A DNA stretch of 64,000 nt from Phoronis australis (Eukaryota > Animalia > Phoronida). How positions within the stretch are numbered: position 1 is the stretch's first letter; each line of letters starts with the position of its first letter. Position numbers and translations under genes: made by a program. The stretch covers positions 62,001-126,000 of the forward strand of contig NMRA01000616.1 in assembly GCA_002633005.1 (NCBI GenBank). The letters are read 5' to 3'. Under the pieces are notes generated by a model. The model was not told the origin of the DNA and made no database searches. It saw only the letters and a program-made list of their open reading frames with translations. Shown piece by piece: positions 37,495 through 50,669 of this stretch.

Positions 37495-38075
37495 CATTTT
37501 TTTCACGAAAACAACAACGGATTTAAAACTTGACATGTTTCGGTGTCATTTATTAAACACCATCCTCAGAAGTCATAATACAGTGGCCACCTAGCTAGGC
37601 CCAGCAACAAGTAATGAAGCACAGATACAGTCAGTTACAGGGAGTGACAATGAACTATACCAACAATGACAACCTGTGGTGTGTCAGTTGCCTATTGAGA
37701 TTGGGCTTGCACCAACTGATATGTAAAGCCTCACGAATTTTAAGCTCCTTTGTTGTTACTGCCTGGTCTATTATTGCAAAGTCATTGAAAGAGCACTGCT
37801 GATAACAATGATTGGAGCTCTGCAGGTGAATATTTACATGTGAATTACTGTCAGAATTTAGATGTTCCTTGGTCCTGGTTTTCAAATGGCGAACAGTTTC
37901 GCCTATATAACTGGAGCCACATCCAGCACAGATAAATTTGTATACAACCTTGGACCGTAGACCCATAGAAATTTTGTCCTTAGGGTTAAATAAACTCGAC
38001 AGTTTTAGAGACTTGAATGTTAATACAACTCTTAAGTTCACACAGTAATCATTCACCAATTTTGTAATTCTGTTT
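37495..38075 (-). mobile_element. 5'-truncated Penelope-like element (GIY-YIG endonuclease and 3' terminus) inserted in the LINE 3' UTR
   Basis: VVYKFICAGCGSSYIGETVRHLKTRTKEH...KIREALHISWCKPNLNRQ (37655-38059). Confidence 0.9.
37527..37574 (-). ncRNA. Minimal type I hammerhead ribozyme with an intact core
   Basis: gacuu-CUGAGGA-U-GGUGU-uuaauaaaug-ACACC-GAAA-CAUG-UC^aaguu; 5-bp stems I and II, palindromic ACAUGU stem III, GUC triplet; about 80 nt downstream of the Penelope stop. Confidence 0.8.
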
Positions 38076-38230
38076 TTGTCTTACTATCTATTTGTTTTTT
38101 ACTGAGGGCCCCATGGAAAGCAGTGTGAACTGGTGGGGCTACCCTCATTGTAAATATTACATTAATGAATAAATAAATAAAGTATCAAGCTGAGAGCTGT
38201 CCCAGATTCACGCTCCTTGTTAAATCTAGA

Positions 38231-38350
38231 TTTTTCTAAAACCCCTCCACCCGCACCCCACTGACGACCCCCTCGACCCACGACCTCCTCGACCCACGGC
38301 ACAAAACCTCCTCGACCCAGTTAAGCAAGCTCGATTCGATCTGAACATAC
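38231..38350 (+). repeat. C-rich (cgacccc)-type dispersed repeat, second copy at about 61494-61596
   Basis: tctaaaacccct..cgaccccctcgacccacg..cctcgacccagt..tcgatctga present in both. Confidence 0.75.
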
Positions 38351-41300
38351 AACCAGCGCTGACTAACAGGACCATCGAGTCTGGTCGTGAGCTCGGCTGG
38401 CTTTTCTCTGCTTTTTGCAATTAAGACAGTTCTATTCAGCAAGTTTGAAAGCCAAAAAGCAGAAAAAAAAAACAACGCGACCAAATAAAAACAAGACCTA
38501 CCAACGTTATAAATGTCGTTCTCTGCAGAGTGTAATAGTATCGTCTGCTCTTCAGTGTCTGGCAGATTCAATTTTTTTGGAGAGTGCGAGGAACCCACGA
38601 AAATGTAATTTCTTCAGTACATACGGTTTGAAAACAAACTGTGAACTAAAAAGTTTCTCAACGTTTCATGTAGTATATTGTAAACGAGTATAAAACAAAA
38701 AAACAAATAATAAAAATGTGAAATTATGTGCATTCACGTTAACGCACTCTCTCCCTAAGTTTAGCAGAACAAGGCAATTAATAGCTACTCGTGGAACTAT
38801 TTCCATGACAACAATAACACTCTCACAATCGGCTATATCAGATCATGTTCTTACGCCCTTTCTGTTTTAACCACCAGGCTAGAACTAGATCTGATTCTCG
38901 CATAGGTAAGTCTTATGGGGAAGTCACTCAGAGACGTAATATGATTATGAAATGTGTAAAAAAGCGCAGATGCATCTATTGCCGCAGGTCGTGGGGGTTC
39001 TGAGTCCTGGGGTCCAAGGGGTTTTTAGAACGCTCCATTAAATCCCAAACATGCCAAAAAGTCATGAAGTACTGCCTGGTACCCGTGCCCCCTAGTCTTG
39101 GAACACCAGGTATTTTTTCCAAGACTAACAAAGCCTTCACTTCGCATTATCTTTTGAACGACATTTCGCCAGAAGACTTTCATTATCCTGAGGATGTTCT
39201 GGTTTTGTACTTCTCCACGCGTTAGCTAATCTCCCTCCAACATGTGGTAATTTTGCAGTTCAAAGAAAATAATTTTGAGTGCACCAGCTACAAAAAAGCC
39301 GTATGACTTAAAAATCTTTCTTGCAAACGATGACAACAAAAGGTAACTCAATTGTTAGTGCAGGTCTGGAGTGATGAGAAGGCAGTTTCCAGGTTGGAGA
39401 AAACCGAAATGGCCATCCTGATTGCAGACGGGCATCCATAATCTTATTTCTGAACAGAACTTTCTGAGAATGTCTTACTTAACTAATTTGCGATGTCATT
39501 ACATAATAATAAAAGTGATTTGATGTTCATACTCAGGAGATCCCACACATCTAAAGTAAACTATAAGAGACTTGACTTAAGAATTGTTTTGTATCTCCAA
39601 TACGCTGCCTCACTTGGGTACAGTGACGATCTCGTCAGAATCCCTGACACTGGTGTCTTTGTCATTCTGCTGCTGGCACGCTATAAAGTTAACTGTATAT
39701 CTAGATACAGGGTCTGGAAAACATCGACGACTACTGAATCTCTCCGACATGGCAAAATCCTTGGGAAAAGACTACTGTGAAGCTCTACTTGGATTTTATG
39801 TATGCAGCAGAGAAGATTGCACCAGTGCGTTTAGCGTAAAGGAAAGGTTGGCCTCCTTAAAAAGTCGTGCATTCAGACAACCTGACGTTGATTGGGATGT
39901 AATTTCGAAGAGTTCGACTGCCTCGAGTACGGTCAGAGTCCTGAGTCATCGATAGATGCTATTCGTGCCAAGATTTTAAGCAAAATGGCTGGTAAAGATG
40001 AAATCCTCACAAGTCCAAGATAGCCTTGCTCGACTTCCCCCCTGCCAGTCTGCACTGAAACCTCACCGTATCACCTTGTACCAGCGTGCTTGCGAACCCA
40101 TAATTGATCAGTCAAAACGAAGGACAAGGGTTGATGCAGACTGACGAAAGAGAGCTAAAAGCTGTGTGATCGATTGATTTCTTGCTTGTGAAGTATAGAG
40201 TACGTTGTATGGAAGTTTCACGGAAAGCAGTGAAAGCGACATGGAGTGTTACAACATGTAATCAGTGTCATCAACACCTAATGATTGCGCCAGAAGGCAA
40301 TTGTTTATGCAAAACGAATAACTGTGGGTGAAACACCAAAGTTTATTGAGAGCTAAATACAATGAACGATACCAGCACAAAAAGGCAGACGGCAGAGAAA
40401 GGGCGCTGACCACAGCATCTGGCGGACTGGCGTTGTCCATATTTCTGCAACCATTTCCCCAATTTTTTTTCTTGAGATATTTAAAACATTTGTTGAAATT
40501 TGGCTCATTAAAGAGCTGATTATATAAACACTGAAAGTTGCACATTTAGTGTTTATATTGGTTTATGTACAGTGTAGTATTGATTGTAAGTAACAGTATA
40601 ATACAAGTTAGGTGTAATAGATTACGAAGAAAATTATTCCATCGTAATGTTTGACCCTCAGAATATAGATTTTGACACTTGATTTGTTCACTTACAGGAA
40701 TAAGAAAGTGAGATATCATCAAATAACGAAAAATCGGTAATGGCGGAACTAATTTGCATAAAAACGCACGTGGGACACTTTTTCGGCTTGTTAACATCTT
40801 GTTATGGTTTTCAAACATATTTTGCTTTGCAAAAATGCAACTTAAAAGTTGAAGTCCGGGGGTTGCACGGGAGGCCATTTTTCGACTCAACTAGAGGTAT
40901 GCATCGCTTTTGCACCGCCCCTGAATGGACAAAAATTGGTTTTAAGCAGTTGACTGCAGCTAACCAGCAAGATACTCCCATCCAGTGCAGAACTATTGTC
41001 AAAGCCTACTTTCTATATCGAAGACAACTAACAAAGTCTTTGAAAAGGAACTGCTATTTTTAAAGAAAGGTATGTAAGTCGTTTTGTTAATTTACTTATT
41101 CAGGTCCTTAGCGGGGTGTTGGAATAGGGTATTGTGGTTGTAAAATTTGGTGCAACTGAATGTGTGGAAATTACAGGTAACAGTGTTTGGGGGAAAGAGC
41201 ATGGTGAGGTAACTCTTAACCTTCATGAACTTCTCGTTTATTTCATTAACTTTTTGCTATCAATTGTGAACCCATAAAAAGATTTTACATTTTCCGAATT

Positions 41301-41858
41301 TTCAATGACTGAATAGTCTTAACTCATGCCTTCAAATGTTGCAAGTCGTTTATATAAATTCAAATGACTGGATTTTTTTGTGGAAATTGCATTTTTGATG
41401 TTGCCTTACGATTTGTAATTACTCTTAAACAACATAAAGATTATCCATCATTTCTAAATGTCCCAAGTCTTCATATCATCTATTAGAAGAAAAATAAAAA
41501 GTTTGAGAAACTGTTCCCTCAGCCTTAGACCAGAAGTATGCTTGACAGACCCATGAATCTGTAATCGGAGTTTAAAATTGCTGCAAGTATCAAAAATAAA
41601 GAGGCTTGAAAATGGGTAACAACGGTTTGAAGTTGTCTCAAATAACTTGCATATTTTGCAGACAAGTGATGTATTTAAAGAATTGTTATGTCTACGAATG
41701 AAAAACAAAAACGCAGTTTTATACAATACTCATTATATACACCTTTGATTTCTGGAAACAGTAATTATTAAATTTTTGAGTGAAATTGTAGAGCAGTCAC
41801 CATATCATATTTTTTGAAAAACAGGAGTAGCATTTTTGACCCAACCTGGAATACTTAA

Positions 41859-44707
41859 GAATGATTCCATATAAAAACCATATGAAAATGAAAAATCACT
41901 ATACACCCAAAAATTCATACAGAGCTAACACTTTGTGCACGTGTTGGGATGCTGGCCCAAAGTACACTGCTGCAATATTTGCACTCAATGACCTTTAGTT
42001 ACCGAGATACGACCTATTTGGCTATAAAGTCATATTTTGCATTTTTTCATGTTAGTAAAACTGCATTTTTTGAACGTCAAAAAATCAGACTTGGAAAACT
42101 GGCCAGTAGTGTGAATGCCCCAAAGGTCCTTCCCAAGCACAGTATCTCAGGGATAAGTTTGCTGACAAACTTTGAGTATTCCGCAGATGGCATTCGAGCA
42201 TGGAAGGCCTACAGAGTAGGGGAGGGAAAACTTGTCATCAACAAGTCATGTAAACTGTTGCCTCTGAAAAGTCTTGACCTTGCAACACTCGAGTGTTTTA
42301 CAACTCCAAGGGTGAGTCGGGGTTGGTATCCCGTGAACGTCATACGAAGTTCACATGCACACACTATGGGTGCTCGAAATCTTTTCCTACAGACGCTGAG
42401 CTAAATGAGCACTTGGATGTTGGTGGTCATTCATCATCCCTCCAGAACGAGACTCGGTTCGACCACATTTCAAGACAATCTGAGATTTTATCTACTACCA
42501 CAGCTGTATCATCACCTGAGTTGTTGATCAAGTCGTCGCAGGATTGGGCCCTGAAAAGTACTAGAAAAGTGGTCCGCTTCTCTGAGAAGGTAAAGACTTA
42601 ACCCAGTGATATATTTTCTGAAGGTGAACAGTCAGGCAGAAAACAACAGCCAGCTGAGGTTGTAAAGAAGCGAGAAGCCAGGAATAAGCAAAGAAAATTT
42701 TTCTCTTCTGAAGAGTGGCTGTCGGAGTAGCAGATTGCTGGATTTTTTCCCGTATGGTTGACGCGTCTCAAATCGGAAATATTCAGAATATTGAAGATGC
42801 TGATGCTGCCCACGAGTTTGCCTCAAAGAATGAGTTGGAGCTTGAAGTCATGAATGAGTTATCATCATAAACTTTAGGAAATTATGAACATGTTTTAGTT
42901 GTTGTCTATTCTTACGATATTGTTGTGGTCATCATTATCGTAGCTAGGTTACTGGGGTCCACCCTGGGCGAAATTCGGGAAAAAATGGAAGATGACGCAA
43001 ATTAGGGGCTTCCATGGGAGAGAGATTTGAGTGGTGGCCGTTTGGGGAAAGTAATCCAAGCCACTGATGGTCAACACTGAAATCTTCTGTCACTTTTTAT
43101 TAGCGTTTTTTGTTTTATGTCCAGTTTGAGACTCGTAAAGCATACTCTTTACATGATTGATTCTATTGAAACTACTGAGATTTTTAAAGGTGTGATTATT
43201 TAGTTTTGAGAAACGTCTATCTTACACAAATGTACTGAGCAAAATAAAAAGACTTTGTGTTTCAGTAGCTCTTGTTTACTTCAAACAAAATGCAGTTTTT
43301 GAAGTGTTGTGTAGAAATGCATCATACACTAAACCTAACATACTGTACCTTCAAGAAACTGTGGTTTTGAGTCCGCCGCATGAACGGAATTTACACATTG
43401 TGAAACTTTTAGCTGGTAAGTCGCAACAACACCCAATTGCTTAAATACTTGTTTGGAAAGCCGGTATATTGGATATCACTGAAAGTATTATGTTTTCAAT
43501 CGTAAATATCCGTACCTGTTATTTTTCTGAAATTGCAAATTCCACTGGCGCACTGCCACCATGCTCGGCCGCTTTTGTGTAGTACAAGAAGCATTGCGTG
43601 ACACTTTGTATGTCCAATAACACGACATTTCTGCTCGTATCCACCGTCCTCTTTTCACGTGTGATCTCGAAGATCTTGATTAGTTTTAGTATGAACTTTG
43701 CTAATAGTTTGAGAGGACTTTTTCATGCGCATATACAGGGATTTGTCCAGGAGGTCTGAAAATGGACTAGCATGCACTGCAGGCAGTGCGTGGGATTTTT
43801 AGTCAGTTACGGTGTTTGAAAACTGCCCAAGCAATGGGTAATGGGCACCCTCAATAAGAATAAAACCTGCTTCTCTGAAGTATGAGATGGTGATGGGGTT
43901 GTATTATTAACTCATAAGTACATTAAAATTGCCTTTTTTGATTTCTGTAATCCTATAACAAATTTTTATTTTTGCACCAGCAAAACTGAAAATCCGCGAA
44001 GAAAAAATCTCTCATACAGCTTCCCATGATCTCCTTCGTCACTGATGTAGCAAAACGAATGATATTTGTTCTATTTGTCATCTTGGTCGATAGATAATTG
44101 CACAATCGAGCAGCGCCTCCTAGAGTTTTTAATCACACTGACAGTCACTGATTGGCAGAAAAGTGTGTAAGTGAGTTATGTAAAAAACTGACTGCACAAA
44201 AACTATGAAAGAGACAAGATTTTTTATTCTTGCGTTGGGCTGAACAAAGACAGCAATCTTGAACAGATGGAAGTTAACTCATGTTCCAAAAGAATCCGAT
44301 ATAGATTTGGGAGAGTGATAAAAATGCGTAAAATTGGCCTTAATAATAAGCGGTGAAAATGATATTTCTGTAGGCTAAAATGGGAGGACATAAAAAAACA
44401 ATAAATCCATCCGAACTAGTTTTTATTGTACGTTATTCTTTCTTCTTTCTGCTATATAGTTATTTTTCTATAGCGTGAGCGATGATGTGATGTTGCTGAC
44501 AAAAAATCACCTACTTCCAAGTACTATTATTTGCTATTTTTCAGAAATAGTACAACGTGGTCGTAAAAAGGGTTAAAAAAAACTCGGAAACTCTTAAAAA
44601 TTCAGGCTCGGGTTTCTTTTGACAAGGCCAGCTGATGTGCTAAGTTTCAAAAAAATTGGTGATTTTGCATATGTAGCCCACCATCTGGTTTTTATATGGA
44701 ATTGCTC
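41859..44707 (+). mobile_element. Sola3-like DNA transposon, internally deleted
   Basis: TTAA on both flanks; TIRs gaatgattccatataaaaacca / tggtttttatatggaattgctc (GAG-type end). Decayed ORF at 42100-42780: GISLLTNFEYS..IRAWKAY, C2H2-like CTHYGC..EHLDVGGH, WALK..RFSEKVK, EEWL..QIAGFF. Confidence 0.7.
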
Positions 44708-47700
44708 TTAATTATTCATATTTCAATATTTGTTCCAGGTTCAGTGACATTTTAAGGCCACTTCAAGCAGCAACATAGACAAGCTTTGTTACTCCTTTCT
44801 CTTCCCATAGCATTTCCACACACCAGCAGTGCTGCATGGCACAATGTACAAGTCAGAAGAAATGTGAATCGCAGTACTAAGTTACCATAAGACAATCTGC
44901 CAGTGGATTGTTTGTGTTTGACGAGGAACTATATCTGACTGCTACACATGTCAGCCTCGTTGGTGAGGATGCCCTTTCATAGGCAATGAGTCAAGTGTGG
45001 AAAACAGCTCATTTCCTCTCCTGGAAGAAACATGAGGGATTGAAGCTAAAAAAGACATAGTGACACTCTGGTCTAGTTCAGAGTCAGATTTTGGGCACAA
45101 AACGAGTCAAGTGATATACTGTTGTGTTTACCTTCAAGGATCTAATTGTGGATGTTATTGAGGCTGGTTTCAGTCATTTTCTCTCACCTGTAACAGAATA
45201 GTCAGAGAAATATTAGCAAGTTATAAAAGAAAACACAAGACAAAACTACTTGTGTAAGGCAGAAGATACTTGACGTTTCATCTTTATGTTTATATGTAGA
45301 AACTAATAATATTTGTACCTAAATCTTATTTAAGATCTGAATTAAAATATGTGAAACAGACTAAAAGGGATTTAACAATGTGTATTTTTATGACACGTAA
45401 AACGTGTTTCTGATTTCAACAAATAAAATTCATTCTAGGTGTCAATTTGCATTCCAATGCAGTGTTACTGAATTGCTTATTCATGTTAATTCGGTAACTA
45501 ATCTCGAATTCCTGGGGGAGGTCCGCTACAAATAAGGAAACTCACTCATCTAGAAAATTTTATTGGACATAGCATAGTTTTGAAGAGAAACTGCTGTGAA
45601 AAAGTCACCCTTGACTTCTGAGCGTCACGTACCATACACCACTTGTATTGTTGGCACTCCAACCCAGGACAATGTGAATATGTGGTGCTAGCCTACCATC
45701 CGGATTCTGGTTGCTTTCAGACCTCAGGAACTGGTTTCGGGAGTCAGAAAAGCAGCATAAAAATGAAAATAAAAAACCCAAAGTTGAAAACATTTATATA
45801 CAACATCTTTATAATATTCACACATTTCTTTCACAATGTACTGACGCATATGAAACTCTCAGTTCAATTACGTTAATTCTATTTGATCAATATCTAAACA
45901 CCCTTTCGGAACTGCGTGACTCTATGTTTTTTGGAGGATGTCGGTAACAAAGTTTAATCTGATGTTCAATAATTCCCTCAGTGATTCCTGACACTGGTCC
46001 TGATACTAAAAATAAACGAGCGTGTTAACTGGTTAAGGTCCAAAGATCGTTAAGTTTAACAATTTGACATGTGTTCATTTAAACCCTGCTTTTGACTTAC
46101 GACGGATAAAAGCACCGACTGACCACTTTTAAAATATTTGTAACATAGCAAAGCTCAGTAGAGTATCAAAGCTTCATTAAAGTTCGACAACTCCTTACAA
46201 AATTGTCTGAATTGAAAAGCGCAACTCTTCGGGCAGTTAATGGACGATTGTGGGGAAACACCTCGCGTCTAGAACCATCAAAACCATTTTGAGAGGGCAG
46301 AGTTGTAACTAAACAATGCCTTCATCTTTTTAGGGATGAGCTTATCAAAGAATAGCAGGTGATGGAATTAGTTTTGAGGTAAAATCACCAAGACCCGGTT
46401 AATTATCATTTTAAAGAGACATTAAACACAAAAGCTAGTCAAAATATCTTTCAAACAATTTCTGACACCAGTACCATCTCGCCGCACGTCTACTAGAGAG
46501 GCACGCATGCGCTCACACAAGTCATTCGATAAACGCTTGAGTGAGAAGAAGAATGTAACGGCAAATTATGTGTGACCGCACTTCCAATCTGCGGTCGACA
46601 GCACTGTATGAGGCATGCCAGTGAAGCCAACAGTTTTATAATTCCGAGCGCATTTTAGAATATATTTCAATGCCACGATACCTTTATAACCAATTTAAAC
46701 AGTAATAATAGCAATGTCTCCGTCACTCATGTCCTGTGTCTGTGATATGGGTCGCTAACTCCAGCTATTTTCGGGCTACTACAAACTAAACGATCCCTAA
46801 ATCCAACGCAGATGACCTAACAATTCCGGCTGAAGCCAGATTTCTTATCAGGACTGGTTGCCGGGGCTAAAGGGTCTCGGGACTGGAAATAGGTCACCGA
46901 AAAGGGACCATTTTGACCAGTTCCACGTAAGGTTCAGAACTCTGAAAAGGTCAACACTGGTCTTTTAAAAAGGAATGCATCTACCTTTGGGGAAGTGTTC
47001 GTAAATGCCGGGAACATACCTCATAAATTAACAGAATGCAAGAGTGTGGGGAGTAGATTATTAATGCTTGATGATATTGATGACATTGGTAGTACATCTA
47101 TCCCGAGTATTTCCAGATTTATTAATGAATTTGGGAATAGATTAAAATTTATTGTGCCAACTTATGCTATATATTTTGGTCAATTAATCACAGGCAGTAA
47201 CACGTCGAAGTCAAAAAGAGCAACGGCTTTTGAGAATAATGTTTTCTTGAAATGAACCGTGCCAAAAAGCGTTGTCTGATCCAACGCGAGAAGGATATTT
47301 CCCTAATGGAAAAAAACAGACAATTAAAGCACGAGCTTAATTGACGATTTGATTCGTCTGCATCAGGAATTAGTTTTCTTTTGAGAAATTGCTAGTACTA
47401 ATTATCTTCCAGGAAGACCTATAGTTAAGCGAATACATTACGCTCATTCTGTAACAGCAGAACTTTCCCAAGATATAGTTATTGCCACTCAGATGTAAGG
47501 TTTGCTGTCTATTTGCCGATCCGAGATTTCATGCTGAAAATCAATATCTGCTTCTGGCAACATACGCGAGGCAATTTTCTAAGCCATGTATTGAAAATGT
47601 TGTTAATATTTCTAGCCACAATAAAATGCATAGAGGCGGAGAAGACGAGAAGGTTACTAGATTCTAAGTTTTACGTTTGGACGAACTTCGTGTAGCAATA

Positions 47701-48239
47701 AAACTTGAATAAGGCGATTATGGGTGACACACTACAGCTAAAGTCCTTTTTATTAACACTGTTACAAGGGAAATGACGACAACACGACACCGTTCCTGTT
47801 GTCTATTCAAACTACATCTGGAACAGGAATAACAATCCATTTTGTTTAAGTGAAACAGAGAAACGTGATCATGTCTTTTTAGTAAAATTTAACAAAAACT
47901 AGGATACCATAACGGGGGGGGGGGGGNCAACATGTTGCCTCGGGGAATGATGGCAAAGCGCGATTGCATGTGCACAACCGACGTGAAAGTTTCGGGGTAG
48001 GCTATGGGAATATGGACCTTCTCTGTTCAGAAAATCATTCCGAGGACAAAAAACGGGCACACGATTTCGCCGGGGTCTGAGCCCTCTATCATCCGCTACC
48101 GGTTCTAGTTACTGATCACAATATTCCCTGTTGCTGTTTCATTTTGCTTGCGGTAGCCAAGGGGGGTCTTCCCTAAATTCGCCTATGAAGTATATTGATC
48201 GCAAAAAACAGTACCAACAACATGGAAAAAAGAAAATCA

Positions 48240-48810
48240 CTTACTGCGAGACGAATTAGTTGATGATAGCTGTTTTGGCCAAGTCCACGAATGGATTGGC
48301 TTCCGCCCTACGCTTCTTAAGTAAACTGTTGTACAGGGAGGACAGCTGCACACAGCTGTCCCGATTGATAAGGTGGCGCTGCATCATGATCTTGATAAAT
48401 TCTTTAATTTTTTGAGCATGCTAACTGCGTTCCTTGCAGATGATTTTGGAGGAGTGGAAGGAAATAGAATGTCCGGTGGCCAAGGCATGTTCACCCACAG
48501 CTGTTTGTGTTCCTTGAATCTCGTACTCAACGATCTTTTGGTTTCACCAATGTAAATAATGGTTTTGGTACTGGTAACAAGTTTACTGACAGATGACGCA
48601 CAAACGTTTTTTCCAGAGGGGTTTTATTATTGAGTCTAACAAGCTGATTACGGGCAATATTAATAGGTAGGCTTTGTAAGTCCGCTATAGCCGCTCAGAC
48701 AGTCTTTTGGTATAAGAAATAGCAACGGACGGGTCATCAGATTTCTCAACTGATTTTGATGGCTACGGTCTTTAAACGTCCAGTCTTGCCAACAGTCGTA
48801 ACCAGGCTAA
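48240..48810 (-). mobile_element. Decayed Penelope-like element (GIY-YIG)
   Basis: SYTKRLSERL, YIGETKRSLSTRFKEH, AVGEHALATGH, INRDS in shifting frames. Confidence 0.8.
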
Positions 48811-49789
48811 TGCGTTTATGATACGTAGGTAGTCCTACGTGATGGAAATGCTACTGACGAATTTCCAGGGTGTTTCCTTACCATAAAGGGACAATAACAT
48901 TATTGTCGCTGAAGACGTACATGTAGCTATATGTGTAAACGGTGTAAATAGGTTTTCGGGCACAAGAGCATGATCGTGGCAATCACCTTGGGATTGATTT
49001 CCATTCCATTTTGAAATAAACAAAAATAGGAAACCGAAGTGGCAAACACATTTGATATGGCGGATACAGTAGCGTGCAGAGTTTGATGATGACCCGGGCG
49101 ACGTTTTATTGGATGCCCCCTCTTTCTCTACTGAACTGAATGCATGCATCCTAGTAATAAGAGCACTGAAAAAGACGAAATATAAAATAGAAACTTTATT
49201 CATTTAAACTACAGATCAGTCACAATTACAAGAGAGTTATTCACAATGATTAGATGAGCCCCGATGTGGATGCCTGGGGCCGTCGCCCAGTCGCCTCCCC
49301 TAATTCCCCCGTCCGCACGGTACTGGGCGGATAGTCACCGTAGTAATGGATTTAGTTTTCCAGTACATTAGCATACATGTACATTTTTAGACTTGAAAAG
49401 GCGGCTATTTAAAAACATGACGGAACAAAATTCATTACTTTGGTATTACTGCTAAACTAATAATGCTCCCCAGCGACCCTATGTATTACGGGCTGCTCCC
49501 TACTCGCAGTAACATCACGTGATGTTAGGATTAACTAATCAAATGTGTACACGACGAGTACGAGAGCGTCTGCTTTACTTGCAGTGAAGCTGTAAAGTAA
49601 CCAGAATCAAAAGTGACGAGGTTGCATATGAACTGGTCTTAACTACGATATCGTCACTGGTTTTCACATGAACAGAACGGACTAAATTGTCAGGTCCATA
49701 ATGCAACTCGAGTAGAACATCCAAAACCAATTACGTCTTGGTAAGTTTTAATCTGCATAGACAGCCAGGTACATGTAGCTGTATGAAGA

Positions 49790-50142
49790 CATAGGCGGAT
49801 TTGGGGTGGGGGGGGCACCCTTGGCTGCCGCAAGCAAAGTGAAAGCCTGGAGAAATACAACTAGGACCGGTAGTGAGGGATCAGAGCCCAGATCGCGTTT
49901 TTTTTTTCTCTCTTTTTCCTTTTCTCTTTTTTTTCTTTTTTATTTTTTTTCTTTTTTTTCTTTTTTTTCCCTTTCTTCTTTCTATTTTTTTCTTCTTTTT
50001 TATTCGGTAGAAATTCCGAACAGAAGCGTCATACTCCCGATCCCCTCAACTTTCGGGACGCCTGTACACATTCAGCAGCGCTTTGCCCAATTCCCTGAGG
50101 CAACATGTTGGGACCCCTTATGGCATCCTAGATCCGCCACTG
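49790..50142. mobile_element. hAT-type MITE with 5-bp target-site duplication
   Basis: gaaga|cataggcggat ... atccgccactg|gaaga. Confidence 0.75.
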
Positions 50143-50436
50143 GAAGACTATCGCCAAAATACAGCTAGGTACCACTGTGTGTATTTCTTCCGTAGACCCC
50201 GAATTTGCACACAGCCAGGGTAGTTCTTCTCGTCACCTCGCCGTGAAATTTGTATCAACATGTAAAGCTAAAGACCGGACGGAGTGCAAGCAAAATCTGG
50301 GAATCAACCGACACTCACTTTGACCGTTACAGCCGTTTAAGTGAAAAACAGTGCAATAAACGTCATTTTCTTGCGTAACTCTCCGCCGTTTCTAACAATG
50401 AAAAGTAGGCCAATGTCGTCGTTTTGAAAACAGTAC

Positions 50437-50669
50437 CAGAGGCGGATCTATAGGGGTTCAGGGGTTCAAACCCCCCCTCGGGACAAGATCAAAACTTAAA
50501 TTGAAAAAAATTTCCCCTGAAAAACGAAATCAGCTACTGATGAAACCACAACAAATCTTACTCAGGAGGGGGGAAACCCCCTCTCAACCTTCCTTCCACT
50601 CGGCTCATGCGACTCGGATACGCTCGAATCCTGACCCCCCCCCTTACTGAAAACGTAGATCTGCCACTG
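50437..50669. mobile_element. hAT-type MITE with 5-bp target-site duplication
   Basis: agtac|cagaggcggatcta ... tagatctgccactg|agtac. Confidence 0.8.

Larger units (their letters stand above)
36766..38180 (+). mobile_element. 5'-truncated L2/CR1-group LINE (ORF2 C-terminus and 3' tail)
   Basis: IIQPHLDYCLPVWG..IYNRAARIILG..RYNTRS..GPFLWNSLP; 3' stem-loop gagggcccc..ggggctaccctc and (AATA)n tail at 38104-38180. Confidence 0.85.
35783..40893 (+). mobile_element. AcademX-like DNA transposon with long imperfect TIRs and TAG termini; hosts nested retroelements
   Basis: TIRs of about 250 bp: tagtctagtcgaaaaatggccctccgtgcac.. / ..gcacgggaggccatttttcgactcaacta. Decayed XPG/PIN-like ORF at 39050-40170 (RIPDTGVFVILL, LDTGSGKHRRLLNL, EALLGFY..EDCTSAF, ARLPPCQSAL). 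Confidence 0.75.

Noticed and set aside
48260-48312. Hammerhead at the end of the second Penelope fragment
   Set aside because: Only a stem II-like gccaa/ttggc and a corrupted GAAAC..UC remain; the CUGANGA box is absent.
49806-50168. Hydrophobic Phe-rich 120-aa ORF
   Set aside because: It is the translation of a T-rich tract inside a MITE.
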